From Phoronis australis (Eukaryota > Animalia > Phoronida): DNA of 64,000 bases. Numbering within the stretch: the first letter of the stretch is position 1; each line of letters begins with the position of its first letter. The notes beneath the pieces were generated by a model. It was not told where the DNA came from. It worked only from the letters and a program-made list of their open reading frames with translations, and did no database searches. This document shows positions 12,201 through 23,736 of the stretch, in pieces. The position numbers and the translations under genes are program-made. The DNA is taken from positions 810,449 through 874,448 of the forward strand of contig NMRA01000071.1 of assembly GCA_002633005.1 (NCBI GenBank). The letters run 5' to 3'.

Positions 12201-15200
12201 TTCAGTTTGCCACTTTGTTTTTTAAATACACTCACTGATAACAGTTTATTCTCGAATCTTGTGCATAGCAGATTCTTATCCAGCTAGCTACAATTGAAAA
12301 CATACTTTTTTGCATGTGGAACTTTTCTTGCAGACAAGTTGACACAAAACTTAAAAGCTCTTAAAATAACCACACACACACAAACAAATCAAATGCAAAC
12401 AAAGGGAATACTTCATTTTGATCGCTGCATATTTCTAGAGGTCAATAGGAAAATTGCAATTCGCAAGCGTAATCGGTAATCATTTCAGCTTTAAAAAGAA
12501 TAAGCGCAACTGCAGTGCATGGGGCTTAAAAACTGAGGAAATATTGTGGTTTCAATTATTAGTGACAAACTTTTCTGTTGATGAAAAATTTATTTGATCA
12601 TCAAAATGTAACATTAACGGGCTTTCTACTGACAATAAGATAATCGATGCAGTCACTGAATGTCATTTCCCCATAATGTGTACCAAATTGAAAAGTTTTT
12701 GCCATTAGTATAAAGCCTTTCTTCTGAAAGGAAAAGTTAATGTCACTCAGTGAGAAAGGACAGGTATGTATACCAGATGCTTTTGGTTTTCATTTTACAG
12801 GGATCTAATTTCAATGGCCTATAGAAGCGCTTGTAAAAAAGGCCCAGTTTCGGCACATGGCTTTCCTTCATGTAACCTCATTCAGCCTCAATAACATCCA
12901 CAATTAGATCCTTGAAGATAAACACAACAGCATATCACTTGACTTGTTTTGTGCCCAAAATCTGACCCTGAACTCGACCAGAGTTTCACTAGGTCTTCTT
13001 CAGCTTCAATCCCCCAAGTTCCTTCCAGGAAAGGAAATAAGCTATTGTCCACACATGACTTATTGCCTATGAAAGGGCATCCTCACCAACGAGGATGACT
13101 TGTGTAGCTGTCAGATATAGTTCCTCTTCATACACAAACAATCCACTGGCACGTTGTCTTATGGTAACTTCGCACTGCGATTCACATTTCTCCAGGGCCA
13201 CTGACTTGTACATTGTGCCATGCAGCACTGCTGATGTGTAGAAAGCTGTGGGAAGAGAAAGGAGTAACAAAGCTTGTCTATGTTGCGGCTTGAAGTGGCC
13301 TTAAAATGTCACTGAACTTGGAACAAATATTGAAATATGAATAATTAAGTACTCCAGGTTGGGTCAAAAATGCTACCCCTGTTTTTAAAAATATGATATG
13401 GTGACTGCTCTACAATTTCACACAAAATTGAACAATTACTATTTTCAGAAAGCAAGGGTGTATATAATAAGTAGTGCATAAAACTGCATCATTGTTTTCA
13501 TTTGTAGCCATAACAATTCTTTACACTTGTCTGCAAAATATGGAAGTTTTTGAGACAACTTCAAACCTTTATTACCCATTTTCAAGCCTTTATATTTTGA
13601 TACTTTCAGCATTTTTATACTCCGATTACAGATTCATGGGCCAGTCAAGCATACTTCTAGTCTGAGGGAACCGTTTCCCAGACTTTATTTTTTTCTAATA
13701 GAAGATATGAAGACTTGGGTCATTTAAAAAATGATTTATAATCTTTCTGTTGTTTAAGAGTTCACCATCAAAAATGCAATTTTCACAAAAATGGCTGTCT
13801 TGAATTTATAAACGACTTGCAACATTTCAAGGCATGAGTTAAGACTATTCATTCAATGAGAATTCAGAAAAAATATATTTTTATGCTTTTATGATTGATA
13901 GCAAAACAGTTTCATGAAATAAACTTGAAGGAACTTCATGAAGGTTAAGAATTACCTCACCATGCTATTTCCCCCAGACACTATTACCTGTTATTTCCAA
14001 ACATTCAGTTGCACCAAATTTTACAACCCCAACCCCCTATGCCAATCCCGCTTAACGACTGAATGAGTATATCAAAACGATTAACATACCTTTCTTTAAA
14101 TGTAGCTGTTCCTTTTCAGAGGCTTTGCTCGTTGTCTCCGATATAGAAAGTAGGCTCTGACAACAGATCTGCACTGGATGGGAAGATCTTGCTGGTTAGC
14201 TGCAGTCATCTGCTTAAAACAAATTTTTGTCCATTCAGGGATGGTACTGAAGCGATGCATATCTCCTCTGCACGGTACAAGCCCTCAAACCTATAAACCA
14301 AAGGTCATGTGAAAACAGATAGATTTCCATTTCAACGTGTAGTACATTTCCAGAAGACACAAGATAGGGAGTAAACAAATAGTCTAATGGATATTTGCCA
14401 CATACCCTTTGACATGGCATTGGACTTGGATTGTAATCTTAACTCACAAACTAATATCGAGTTAACAGCATAAACATTCAGCATTTGTTGATGTAACTGT
14501 CACTGCAGATAAACATGTTAGAAATCAATCCAAACAATAATACTGCTTTGATGTACGAAAAGATCCCGAGTTCTACATCAAGTATCGTAACACACATCAC
14601 AACAAAGATCAACCACACTGGCAACTGCCACGAAGTTGACATCGGTGAGTACCTCTGTTAACAGGCATCAGTAGAATAAACATGGAAAAATCGTTAAAAT
14701 AATCACAAACCTTACCTTTGTATAAGGTCGTGCCTACTTCCTCTCATAGAGGCACCCTTTTCACGCAATCTCTGATTCCGTTGGCGCGACTGCAAACCAT
14801 TTCACCATGTATTTAAAGGGCTCGCGAAATTGAGGCTGTTAATCTATCACCTCTAGTACACACGCGCCCTCTAGTTAATGTAAATTTTCCGAATAGCCCC
14901 ATTAGAAAACTATGGACTTTACAAACCATTTAACATATACAAGAAATTGTGATGTTTGTAAATGTTAAACTGCTGTGTAAGCAGTGAAGCTGAGTAGCCT
15001 ATTATGTGAGGTATACTCAGTTAAATTACAAAATTCTTAACTACTAAGCAGACAATAGACCAAACTTTTGACTATAAGTATGTACTAAACTAGCCCAAAT
15101 CACACTCAGGTTGACTTTATGTATGTACTACACTAGCCCACTGTACCACATCACACTGGTTTCATATTCACAAATGCTATATCCTTTGCTCACATTCTCA

Positions 15201-18200
15201 TTGAAAAAGACCAAAATCAGCCCGTTGAAAATTCCAAAAGGTTGTAAGTTTTTAAAAAGTCAGTACTTCAATACTAAAATGTATATTTCAAATATCAAAC
15301 ATGTTTCTGCATCATAAGGCCAGATACATCAAAAATCGTAGTATTCCTAACTTTAAGATGTCTCAATGGTCTTGCAAAGTTGACAGCATTTTTACTGAAG
15401 TAAGTGTCGAAAAAGCCATTTTAGCAGGATCAGCAAGAAAACGAAAATGAGGCTGGTGTCAAAAAAACAAAGGTGACTTAGTGCATGTCTAGGGTTAGAC
15501 CAAGTCCTCATAGAACTTCAGGAGAATCTGTGACTGTTGATGTAGAACCACCCGTAGGTGCTTTCAGAAATTGATACTTAGTCATTCATGTTTTACCAAT
15601 TATTAATTAAACCAATAAATACAATTGGTCTTTGTTATGTAGTTTGAATCATTTACAATAGGTGACTTGAGTCATAACATGAAGATGGACTAATGTCTGA
15701 GTGGCCACTGGCCAGTCCAGTTTAAACACTTAAGCTCTCGTGAAGTGACCAATCGCCAAAATTTTGACTGATGGCTTAACTGAGCTATCGCCTGTGCACG
15801 TCTGGCACAACGTGTATCAGACCGCCTGCAATTATTTTTTATAACTGACCTATCAGAGTGCAGCATTCTTGGCCCACCTTTGTCTGCGTTTCCGAGCGGC
15901 CATTTTACCCGTCAAAGAACACTTTCTCGAGTAAATCTTATTTTAGTCTATAACAGTATACTCAAGAAATTGTGCGATGAGAATCATGATGGTGGTATTT
16001 CTATGTCGTGTGTAATTCTGACAGCCATTATGCAGCTCGAGAAGCAATCCCATCATTTTTTGGCCAATTGCGTGCATTAGTTTGACTTGGACAGAGCCCT
16101 AGATCTGCCGTAGCTTACTGCTTGCCTTGGACAAGATGAGTGTGTACCTGATTATGAAGTACAACCTTATTTTTAATCAAAATATTGTAAAAGCACAAGC
16201 AGTTCTGTCGACTCCACCTACCTTAATTGGGGAATACCAATCTCGTGACCTACTTTTCATTTGGCGTAATTTCCTAGACGGCAGAGTAAAAAGTATACAG
16301 GTGAATATTCATTGTTTGTGTTCAAAATATATCCTGAAATCTATGTCATTAAGGTACATATCCAGCTTTATATGTCATGTGATCATATTGCATTTAGTAG
16401 CTCTGTCATTTCTCAAGAGAATTGGTGATCTGTGTGGGGTTTTTCGAAATAGTTTTCCTCGAATGCTTATTTTTTCATGTCGCCTTTACAAACTGCCACA
16501 TCGTAAGGTTGTTTTGTCGAAGCTGTTTTGGATAGTCCAAAAACACTTGTTGATTCTTTCAAGAATGTCATTCAGTAATAATGTATTTGCTTCCGATATC
16601 TTGTTTGTTTGTCAAGTGCCATGCAACTTTTTGCAAGGGGGCCGAGCTTGTGGTTGGTCAATTGTTGTTTCCCTATGCACTCACCAGCGTAAAACAGTAA
16701 ATTTTCATAGCATTCTCGATAACACAAGACATTAGTTTGGTTGTAAACAATGTCTCATTTACATTGCTGCCTTGAGCATTAAACACCACATTGATTCAAC
16801 CTATGACTGCCACCTATTGGTCAGGAGTGACTATCAACTGAGGCTGTTGTAAGGTTCAAAATATTGCTTTCAAGCTAGCATGTCTTAAACAGAATTTACT
16901 TCTCTGATTTAATCATCTCGACAAACATTCTATTCTTAATGTCATAGTCACACAACTATTATTTTAAATGCCTGGATTAAGAAGTTTACTCCAATAATTC
17001 AACTGTGTTAGACTGACGTATAAATCTTGTTCTTGAATCGTAACATGCTGTGAAGACAAGTACAAAATGATTTTCGGCTCCGATACAGTCATTTGGACAG
17101 AACAGAAGCACACAGCATTTAGCATCAAGATTATGTCTCACTGAAATGCACGTCTTGCATAATCATGAAATAAAGAGTCTCCAGAGAGGAAACTAAGTTG
17201 AACCATGCAGTTACGTGTTGCATCACTGGCCCATTGAACGCTGGCAAAATTTGAAACTTTGGATATGCTATAACACAATGCATGTAGGCAAGTCTATCCA
17301 TAGTATTGTAGACTAATAGGTCACGACTCAATGAAGCCAGAATTATGTTCAGTGAAACTATGTTCAGTAAATGATGTTGATTTCTTGTTTTCCTACCTCG
17401 CATAAAGTGCATAAATCATGCATTTTTGTATTTAATGCTCCATACTAGCCACACAGTTGAGTGGCATTGCTTGAAAACAGGTTATCAACGTATACTGCTT
17501 ACCTTTCTGTCTTGTGTTTCTTGGAATCCTTGCTAGTTACACTTTCAGTTTGTACTCCTCTCAGTTGTTGTTACAAGTAATGTTTACATTCTTTGCATCT
17601 CCAATTGCATCTTGGCATAAAATCAAACCATTAATACGTGATATGTTTATTTTTAGTAAATGGTTACTTACTGCAATTGAAATAGTCCTGTACACCCTGT
17701 GCTGTGTCCCACAGTTCTACACAATGTCTTTGTTATCAGCTAGACACAGGCCTATGGTAAAAAAATCAAGTATTACCCGGTTTTCTATACTTGCCTGGCA
17801 TTTGCATTGTATGTGGTCTTGTGAAACTGTATACATTATTGATCATTGGCTTTTATTAGCATGCTTACTTGTGACACATCTTGTAATGCATTTAGTAAAC
17901 ATTGTGCTGTATACAGGCATAAAAACATTTTGAAATGCATTTAGTAAACATTGTGCTGTATACAGGCATAAAAACATTTTGAAAAGATTCATTGATATAT
18001 TTTGCTTTTAACATAGCCTTGTGTTAGAGCGAGAGTGGAAGGGGGGGGGGTGTAGGGGGATGGGCGTGGCGTGGTTCAGAGATGTGGCATTTACAGTGTC
18101 CTGAAAAATATTGCTGTTGTAAAAATAACTCTGGCATAAAATCAATTAGGTGCAAACTACATGATCTTCTAAGAGATGTCATAAAGTGGCTGAAAACTTG

Positions 18201-21200
18201 TTAGAAAATATTGTAGTGGTTAAACACCTATTAGAAAACATTGTGTGATTCTTGTTTGCAGACAGAGGTATGGTCTGCCTGAGAATGTGAATATATTTTC
18301 ATTGCTACACCAGAGATTGACTTCATAGTATTTAGTGCAGAAAGTGAACCATTATATCCAGACTTTAACTATAAAACAGAGCACTTAAGTGAAACATGAG
18401 CAGAAACATCTCTTCAAAAGTAAAAGAAAAAAACAAGAACAAATTCATACGATGATAACAGGAGAATAATATGTTATGTGAATATGACATTCTAAGTGTT
18501 CATGGTTGTGAGTTTAGCCAACGGGCTATGTTGACTTAAAAGGCCATTAAAAGGCTCTGGAACATTTTCTAATTTTGGCCAAATTTTTGTATCCATTGGA
18601 CTTTATTTTAGAAGTCCATGCCATGTAAGTAAGAATATCACTGAATCATTCACTTGGTTGCTAAGTCTTCTTCTAGTGCCCTAGGTGGCGGATTAGACTT
18701 TGAATTTCATTTTCTGTAGCAATTAAATTGTTTTGCATGCAGAGTAGAAGTTGTTGCCTTTACTCAACCAAATCCGTTAGAGTGCCTTAAAAACTCTTGA
18801 ATTCCAGTTTTTAAGAGGTGTAAGACTCAAACTTGAATATAGTGGCCAAAAACCCACTACAGCCACACACAACACCATCACTACAGCCATACACAACACC
18901 ATGACTACAGCCATACACAACACCATCACTACAGCCATACACAACACCATGACTACAGCCACACACAACACCATCACTACAGCCACACACAACACCATGA
19001 CTATACAGCCACCCATACGAAAAAGAAAGTGAGAATCTCACTGGATTCCAGTTAGATTCCAGTTAGATTCTCACTAAATCACCAATTATAGTTAGAAATG
19101 CCAGTGAGAACCCAGTGGGAATTGAACAACAGGGGCAGTCAGTGAGATTGAGTGAGAAAATGTTATGTAACAGTGAGAATCCAGTGAGAATTTTGGTCTT
19201 ACAAAAATTCTGAGTGAGAATCAGTGAGAATTTCAGACTTAGGAAAAATCTGAGTGAGAATTGAGTGAGAATTTGGACTTGCCAAAATTGGAGTGAGAAT
19301 TCAGTGAGAATCTGAGATAAACAAACACCCTGATTGGCTGTAACTGTAGAAATTTCAGTTGAACCAGATTTCTGAATTCAAACTAAAATGGCTTCAGGAA
19401 TGAGCAGTTGGAGAAATGGCTTGAAGATTGTTGATGTTTTTCTCACAAATATTCTGAAATTACTGAACAGTTTGTCTGCAAGTCAACCACAGGTGATCCT
19501 GGACTGATTTTGCGTGTTAATAAACTTAAGGTTAGTACATTTCATACATGTAGTAGAGTGCATGAAGCACCAGTATTAGGCTGATGTCTTCATTCTGTGC
19601 ATGTTGACAGCTGAGTTTTCAGTATTTTGCTGATTCACCAAAGGCATTATAGTTATTATTTTATGTCTGCTATATTTCACAATTAGCAATTATTAAATTG
19701 TATCCTTAGTCAAAGTTCAAGATAAACTCACAAAAATAAGCAGTGTTTTGGTTACCAAAAAGGTTTGATCTCGATTCTATTCAGTCAGTGGCTGAAAAGG
19801 CACACAAAATTTTCTAAGTTCAAAATTCTCACCCAGTGAGATTTTCAGTGAGAATTTCATTAACACAAATTCTCACTAATTTGCATAGCATTCCTATTGA
19901 GTGAGAATTTCAGTAAGACAAATTCTCACTGAGTGGGAATGCTATGCAAATTAGTTAGATTCTCACTGAATTCTAACTGGAATATCACTGTATTCTCACT
20001 AGAGTGAGATTTTTTTTCTCACTAATTTAAATGGCATCTTAATTAGTTAGATTCTCACTGGAATCTAACTGGAATCCAGTGAGATTCTCACTGGCTTTCG
20101 GGATTAGAATTTCCTGAAGCCAAAAAAGGGCACTCACAACACTGATCACTACAGCCACACACAACACCATAACTACAGCCACACACAACACCATCACTAC
20201 AGCCACGCGCAACACCATCACTACAGTCACACGCAACACCATCACTACAGCCACACACAACACCATCACTACAGCCACGCGCAACACCATCACTACAGTC
20301 ACTCACAACACCATCACTACAGCCATACACAACACCATCACTACAGCCACACACAACACCATCACTACAGCCACGCACAACACCATCACTACAGCCACAC
20401 ACAACACCATCACTACAGTCACTCACAACACCATCACTACAGCCATACACAACACCATCACTACAGTCACTCACAACACCACCACTACAGCCACACACAA
20501 CACCATCACTACAGCCACTCACAACACCATCACCTCCGTGTTGAAATACAGCACTGATGACATCATTCCCAGACACATTACACACTTGTTCACATGTTCA
20601 CCACCCACCAGTACTCTTATTAGGGAGACGATTCAACCACCCCATGCTGTCAAGTTCTCAAATATTTGGCTTTGGTGGTTGTCGGTGAATGATGCAGTGA
20701 GACAAGTTAATGTCGTCGACTTTTCATCTAGTGCGCCAGTCTCTTAAAATCGCATTTCCTTGACTGTTGATCAATTCTTAGGAGTATACCTTTAAAACTA
20801 TCTCTAGTGTCGTTTTTGAAAAAAACGTTTTGTTGTGATGTTTTGGAATGGGACCCTTTGTTGTCATGGCATTCCTATTTAGACATGTTTAAAGACTGGC
20901 AAAACTCGGTCTTGGTTTATTTCAGTTTGAAGTGTGCGATTTTTGCTTGACCTAATGAGTGCTGTCTGATGTTTCACAAGCTGATGTTCATTTGTTGTAT
21001 TGCAGTACGTGCGTTCTCATGCAGTGTCCACTATGGGTCTGAAGTATACAGGAAATGTATGTAACCAGGGCAAGTCAAGGGGGCGGTGCAGGTGAGTCAA
21101 TACTTAATCATCTGTGTCATTGTGATTGTCACTGACAACAGATATGAGGTGATGGATTCGTCACTTGGTGAACGACAGATAACTTACGTAGTACTCTTAA

Positions 21201-23736
21201 GCCATGTACAGCACCTAGCAGGTCAAGAATTCAAAGTATAAAACTTAAGACTAGAATACAATCATCTAAGCGTGACAGGCAGTTGTGGTGTGGCTGCTAT
21301 TGACTTGCTCGCATGTTGATGTATTTTTAATATAAAGGCACATGCGACCTATTTACAAACAGTGTCACACAGCACCATCTTGCTTATAGTTGTGTGTGAA
21401 ATACACTCATGCGACCTATTTACAAACAGTGTCACACAGCACCATCTTGCTTATAGTTGTGTGTGAAAAACACTCATGCGACCTATTTACAAACAGTGTC
21501 ACACAGCACCATCTTGCTTATAGTTGTGTGTGAAATACACTCATGCAACCTATTTGCAAACAGTGTCACACAGCACCATCTTGCTTATAGTTGTGTGTGA
21601 AATACACTCATGCAACCTATTTACAAACAGTGTCACACAGCACCATCTTGCTTATAGTTGTGTGTGAAATACACTCATGCGACCTATTTACAAACAGTGT
21701 CACACAGCACCATCTTGCTTATAGTTGTGTGTGAAATACACTCATGGGACCTATTTACAAACTGTCACACAGCACCATCTTGCTTATAGTTGTGTGTGAA
21801 ATACACACATGCGACCTATTTACAAAGAGTGTCACACAGCACCATCTTGCTTATAGCTGTGTGTGAAATACACTCATGCTTTTCAAGGGTAGTGAATACC
21901 CTCATGAACAAGATTCACACTTTGCTTTAAAGTATTATATACCTGTACCCACTCAGTAGTCACAAGGCTTGTGTTGGTCCGACACTTCAGTTAGAGGTAT
22001 ATACCTGCACCCACTCAGTAGTCACAAAACGTGTTGGTCTGACACTTCAGTTTGAGGTATATACCTGTATCCACTCAGTAATTACAAGGGTTGTGTCAGT
22101 CAGATGAACGTCGTTGAGGTTGTGCCTCTATTGAATGTTGACAGTTCAGTTAAGTGCTTTAATATGTATCCACTGAGGACTTTTTTGTTTCAATATTTAC
22201 ATAATTGTATAGGTATTGTCAGTTGGTCTGTTCAGTGGTTTCCTCAGTGTTGTTACATAAAAGCGGTGGTGTGTTTCAGAGGTTGTCTTAGAGACACCAT
22301 ACTTAGTCATTGACAATAATTGTGTTGTTGTGTTTCAGAGGTCGTCTACGCGACACCATACTTAGTCATTGACAATAATTGTGTTGTTGTGTTTCAGAGG
22401 TCGTCTACGCGACACCATACTAGACTGGGAAGATGAGCTGCCTGAGGTTGACCTGAAGCTCGCTGAACTTCACTCAAAGTATGTGACGTGTCATCAGTAT
22501 GTGACGTGTCATTTTTCGTGAGTCATGTAACAAATAATTGAACAAAAGGGCACAGAATTCAGTGTCAAGGTTACAAACAAGTGAATACAGTGTTTACTAC
22601 ATTGACTGGACTATCATTACTTGATTCAACAATCTAATTTGACATTCACATGATTACGACACGATTTCCACTCTCAGTATCTGCTGCAGTGTAGCTACTA
22701 CTGTCTGAGATTTCACAGATGACCTAAACTGGCAGTGGCGGTCAGCTTGTACTGCTGTGGTTAATAAACAGTATCTGGTTAGACCAGACCTTATACTTTA
22801 CGTGGCTTTTCTGTTTTTTTATTGGTGGTTAACAGGTTTTTAAAAATTTACTTTCTTTTGATGTTGTATGGAGCCTAACATGTTAGGTCCAGCAGGGTAT
22901 ACCATGTATTGAACTGAAATGTTAGGTCCAGCAGGGTATACCATGTATTGAACTGAAATGTTAGGTCCAGCAGGGTACACCATGTATTTAACTGAAATGT
23001 TAGGTCCAGCAGGGTATACCATGTATTGAACTGAAACAAGCATCATGATGGTTATTTTTATTCCAGAAAAAGTGATTTGAGTTTGACACTGGGGACCTCA
23101 CTGCAAATTGTTCCTGCTGGGAACCTGCCACTGTCTGCCAAGCGCAACAAGGGCAAGTTAGTTGTGGTGAACTTACAACCTACAAAACACGATAAACGGG
23201 CCGATCTCAAAATAAACGCCTACGTGGACGACGTCATGATGAGATTGTGTTCGTTGCTGGGCATAGACATTCCCGACTATAGAGGGCATTCAATAGTTCT
23301 AGAGTCACGTCACACTGGAGAGGATGATAAGGCAATGATTGGTGTGCGAGTGGTGGAGGGGATAGAGCCTGTTAGTGTTAAACGAGATTTGACTCAAATG
23401 GTGGGATCAGAGTACCAAGGAGCCAAGGTTAAAAAAGCACAAGTGTCTGCTACTCATAATGGGGTCATCACATCGGAACTCGGAAGTGGAGAGAAAAAAA
23501 ATTGTTGCATGTCAGTTGGGGAGGTATCACATTGCGAATTAGGGATCGGAGATGATACCTCCGTGGTTTGTGATCGTGCGGATATTGACAGCAATGTTGG
23601 TGGGCGTTCGGGTTCTGAACAACACCGTGGTCAAGTGGCACTCAAGTGTTGTGTTGACGGTAGAGAAGGACTGTCTGAACTACACGATGTGAAGACTTTG
23701 ACCGAGACAGATATGAACACCATTAAAGGGGAATAG
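3275..23736 (+). CDS. SIRT6: NAD-dependent protein deacylase sirtuin-6 (5' exons not found in window)
   Basis: Exons 3275-3402 ([43 protein letters not shown]), 21006-21091 ([29 protein letters not shown]), 22398-22478 ([19 protein letters not shown]...), 23067-23736 ([22 protein letters not shown]...[16 protein letters not shown]...stop). All GT-AG and phases join. Class IV sirtuin motifs ([20 protein letters not shown]) match SIRT6. Confidence 0.95.
3575..4220. repeat. ~44-47-bp minisatellite (gtgagactgacacaatctgagatttgtaacaccagtaggtctac)
   Basis: Multiple diverged tandem copies; copy number is inflated by an exact duplication across the N at 3743. Confidence 0.85.
4709..9465 (-). CDS. Stonustoxin-like MACPF/CDC + 2x Cys-rich domain + septin/AIG1-like GTPase fusion protein (~1213 aa), nested in SIRT6 intron
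   Basis: Exon 9465-9379 ([29 protein letters not shown], donor GTAATT) joins in phase 0 to exon 8263-4709 (acceptor ttgtcatttcag). SNTX-type motifs: [62 protein letters not shown]. GTPase motifs: G1 GEIGVGKST (6187-6161), G3 IDTPG (DTPG at 5980-5969), [10 protein letters not shown]. Helical C-terminus. Confidence 0.88.
8560..8965. repeat. ~22-23-bp minisatellite (agagttaagtgggtattgtgc) in intron of nested gene
   Basis: More than a dozen diverged tandem copies visible. Confidence 0.85.
9577..10082. mobile_element. TTAA-flanked MITE (Kolobok-like)
   Basis: TTAA|AGTGGCCTGGAACG ... CGTTCCATACCTCT|TTAA; 14-bp TIR with 11 matches; TTAA at 9573-9576 and 10083-10086. Confidence 0.55.
10170..10392. 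repeat. 23-bp minisatellite (gtaataggcccagatcagtggct)
   Basis: About 9 tandem copies. Confidence 0.85.
10753..10916 (+). pseudogene. THAP domain relic (transposase N-terminus of the ISL2EU element)
   Basis: [34 protein letters not shown]: C-x4-C, HxF(P), W..A..R pattern; in-frame stop, start codon reads AAG; ends at a GTAAG donor. Confidence 0.65.
11445..11942. mobile_element. Putative hAT-like MITE nested in the ISL2EU element
   Basis: CAAGGCTTGGAAT ... ATTCCAAGCCCTA imperfect TIR (11/13); no clear TSD; contains a fragment (~11805-11890) resembling the right end of the MITE at 61903-62157. Confidence 0.4.
12800..13260 (-). pseudogene. YqaJ-like (lambda exonuclease fold) domain relic
   Basis: [38 protein letters not shown] (decayed YLAATPDGLV) and [35 protein letters not shown]; stops and frameshifts present. 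Confidence 0.75.
14716..14770 (-). pseudogene. SAP-motif relic, first exon of the ISL2EU exonuclease gene
   Basis: [18 protein letters not shown] followed by a GTAAG donor at 14715, just inside the right TIR. Confidence 0.55.
18855..19005. repeat. 24-bp minisatellite (cactacagccacacacaacaccat), left part
   Basis: About 6 copies; source of the MVLCVAVV and GCSDGVVC pseudo-ORFs. Confidence 0.9.
19012..20102. mobile_element. Non-autonomous foldback element with long TIRs and AGTGAGAAT subterminal repeats (EnSpm/CACTA-like)
   Basis: CCC...GGG ends; ~50-bp inverted repeat (agtgagaatctcactggattccagttagattccagt..) at ~19028-19077 and ~20043-20092; many agtgagaat/attctcact units near both ends. Confidence 0.7.
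20147..20535. repeat. 24-bp minisatellite, right part
   Basis: About 16 copies of the same unit as 18855-19005. Confidence 0.9.
21341..21878. repeat. 67-bp tandem repeat x8
   Basis: catgcgacctatttacaaacagtgtcacacagcaccatcttgcttatagttgtgtgtgaaatacact; near-identical copies, no spacers. Confidence 0.92.
21935..22100. repeat. ~60-bp tandem repeat x3
   Basis: tatatacctgtacccactcagtagtcacaa...gacacttcagtt unit. Confidence 0.75.
22271..22421 (+). repeat. 59-bp tandem repeat containing the SIRT6 3' splice site (3 acceptors)
   Basis: gtgtttcag|aggtYgtct...gacaccatact occurs with AG ending at 22279, 22338 and 22397. Confidence 0.9.
22880..23037. repeat. 39-bp minisatellite x4
   Basis: tgttaggtccagcagggtataccatgtattgaactgaaa, just upstream of the last SIRT6 acceptor. 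Confidence 0.88.

Larger units (their letters stand above)
10620..14900. mobile_element. Decayed ISL2EU-type (PIF/Harbinger-related) DNA transposon
   Basis: Perfect 18-bp TIRs GGGGCTATTCGGAAAATT (10620-10637) and AATTTTCCGAATAGCCCC (14883-14900); flanks GT/AT fit a mutated AT TSD; THAP relic on +, SAP and YqaJ exonuclease relics on -, the two-gene content known for ISL2EU. Confidence 0.8.

Noticed and set aside
16127-16735. 202-aa ORF on +
   Set aside because: TTG start, no recognisable motifs or splice structure; probably chance or antisense to a decayed TE.
20039-20585. Cys/Gly-rich ORFs (GCSDGVVC)n and (MVLCVAVV)n, also at 18777-19041
   Set aside because: Translations of a stop-free 24-bp minisatellite in several frames.
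21341-21878. CRISPR-like regular array
   Set aside because: Head-to-tail 67-bp units with no unique spacers, no cas genes, eukaryotic intron context.
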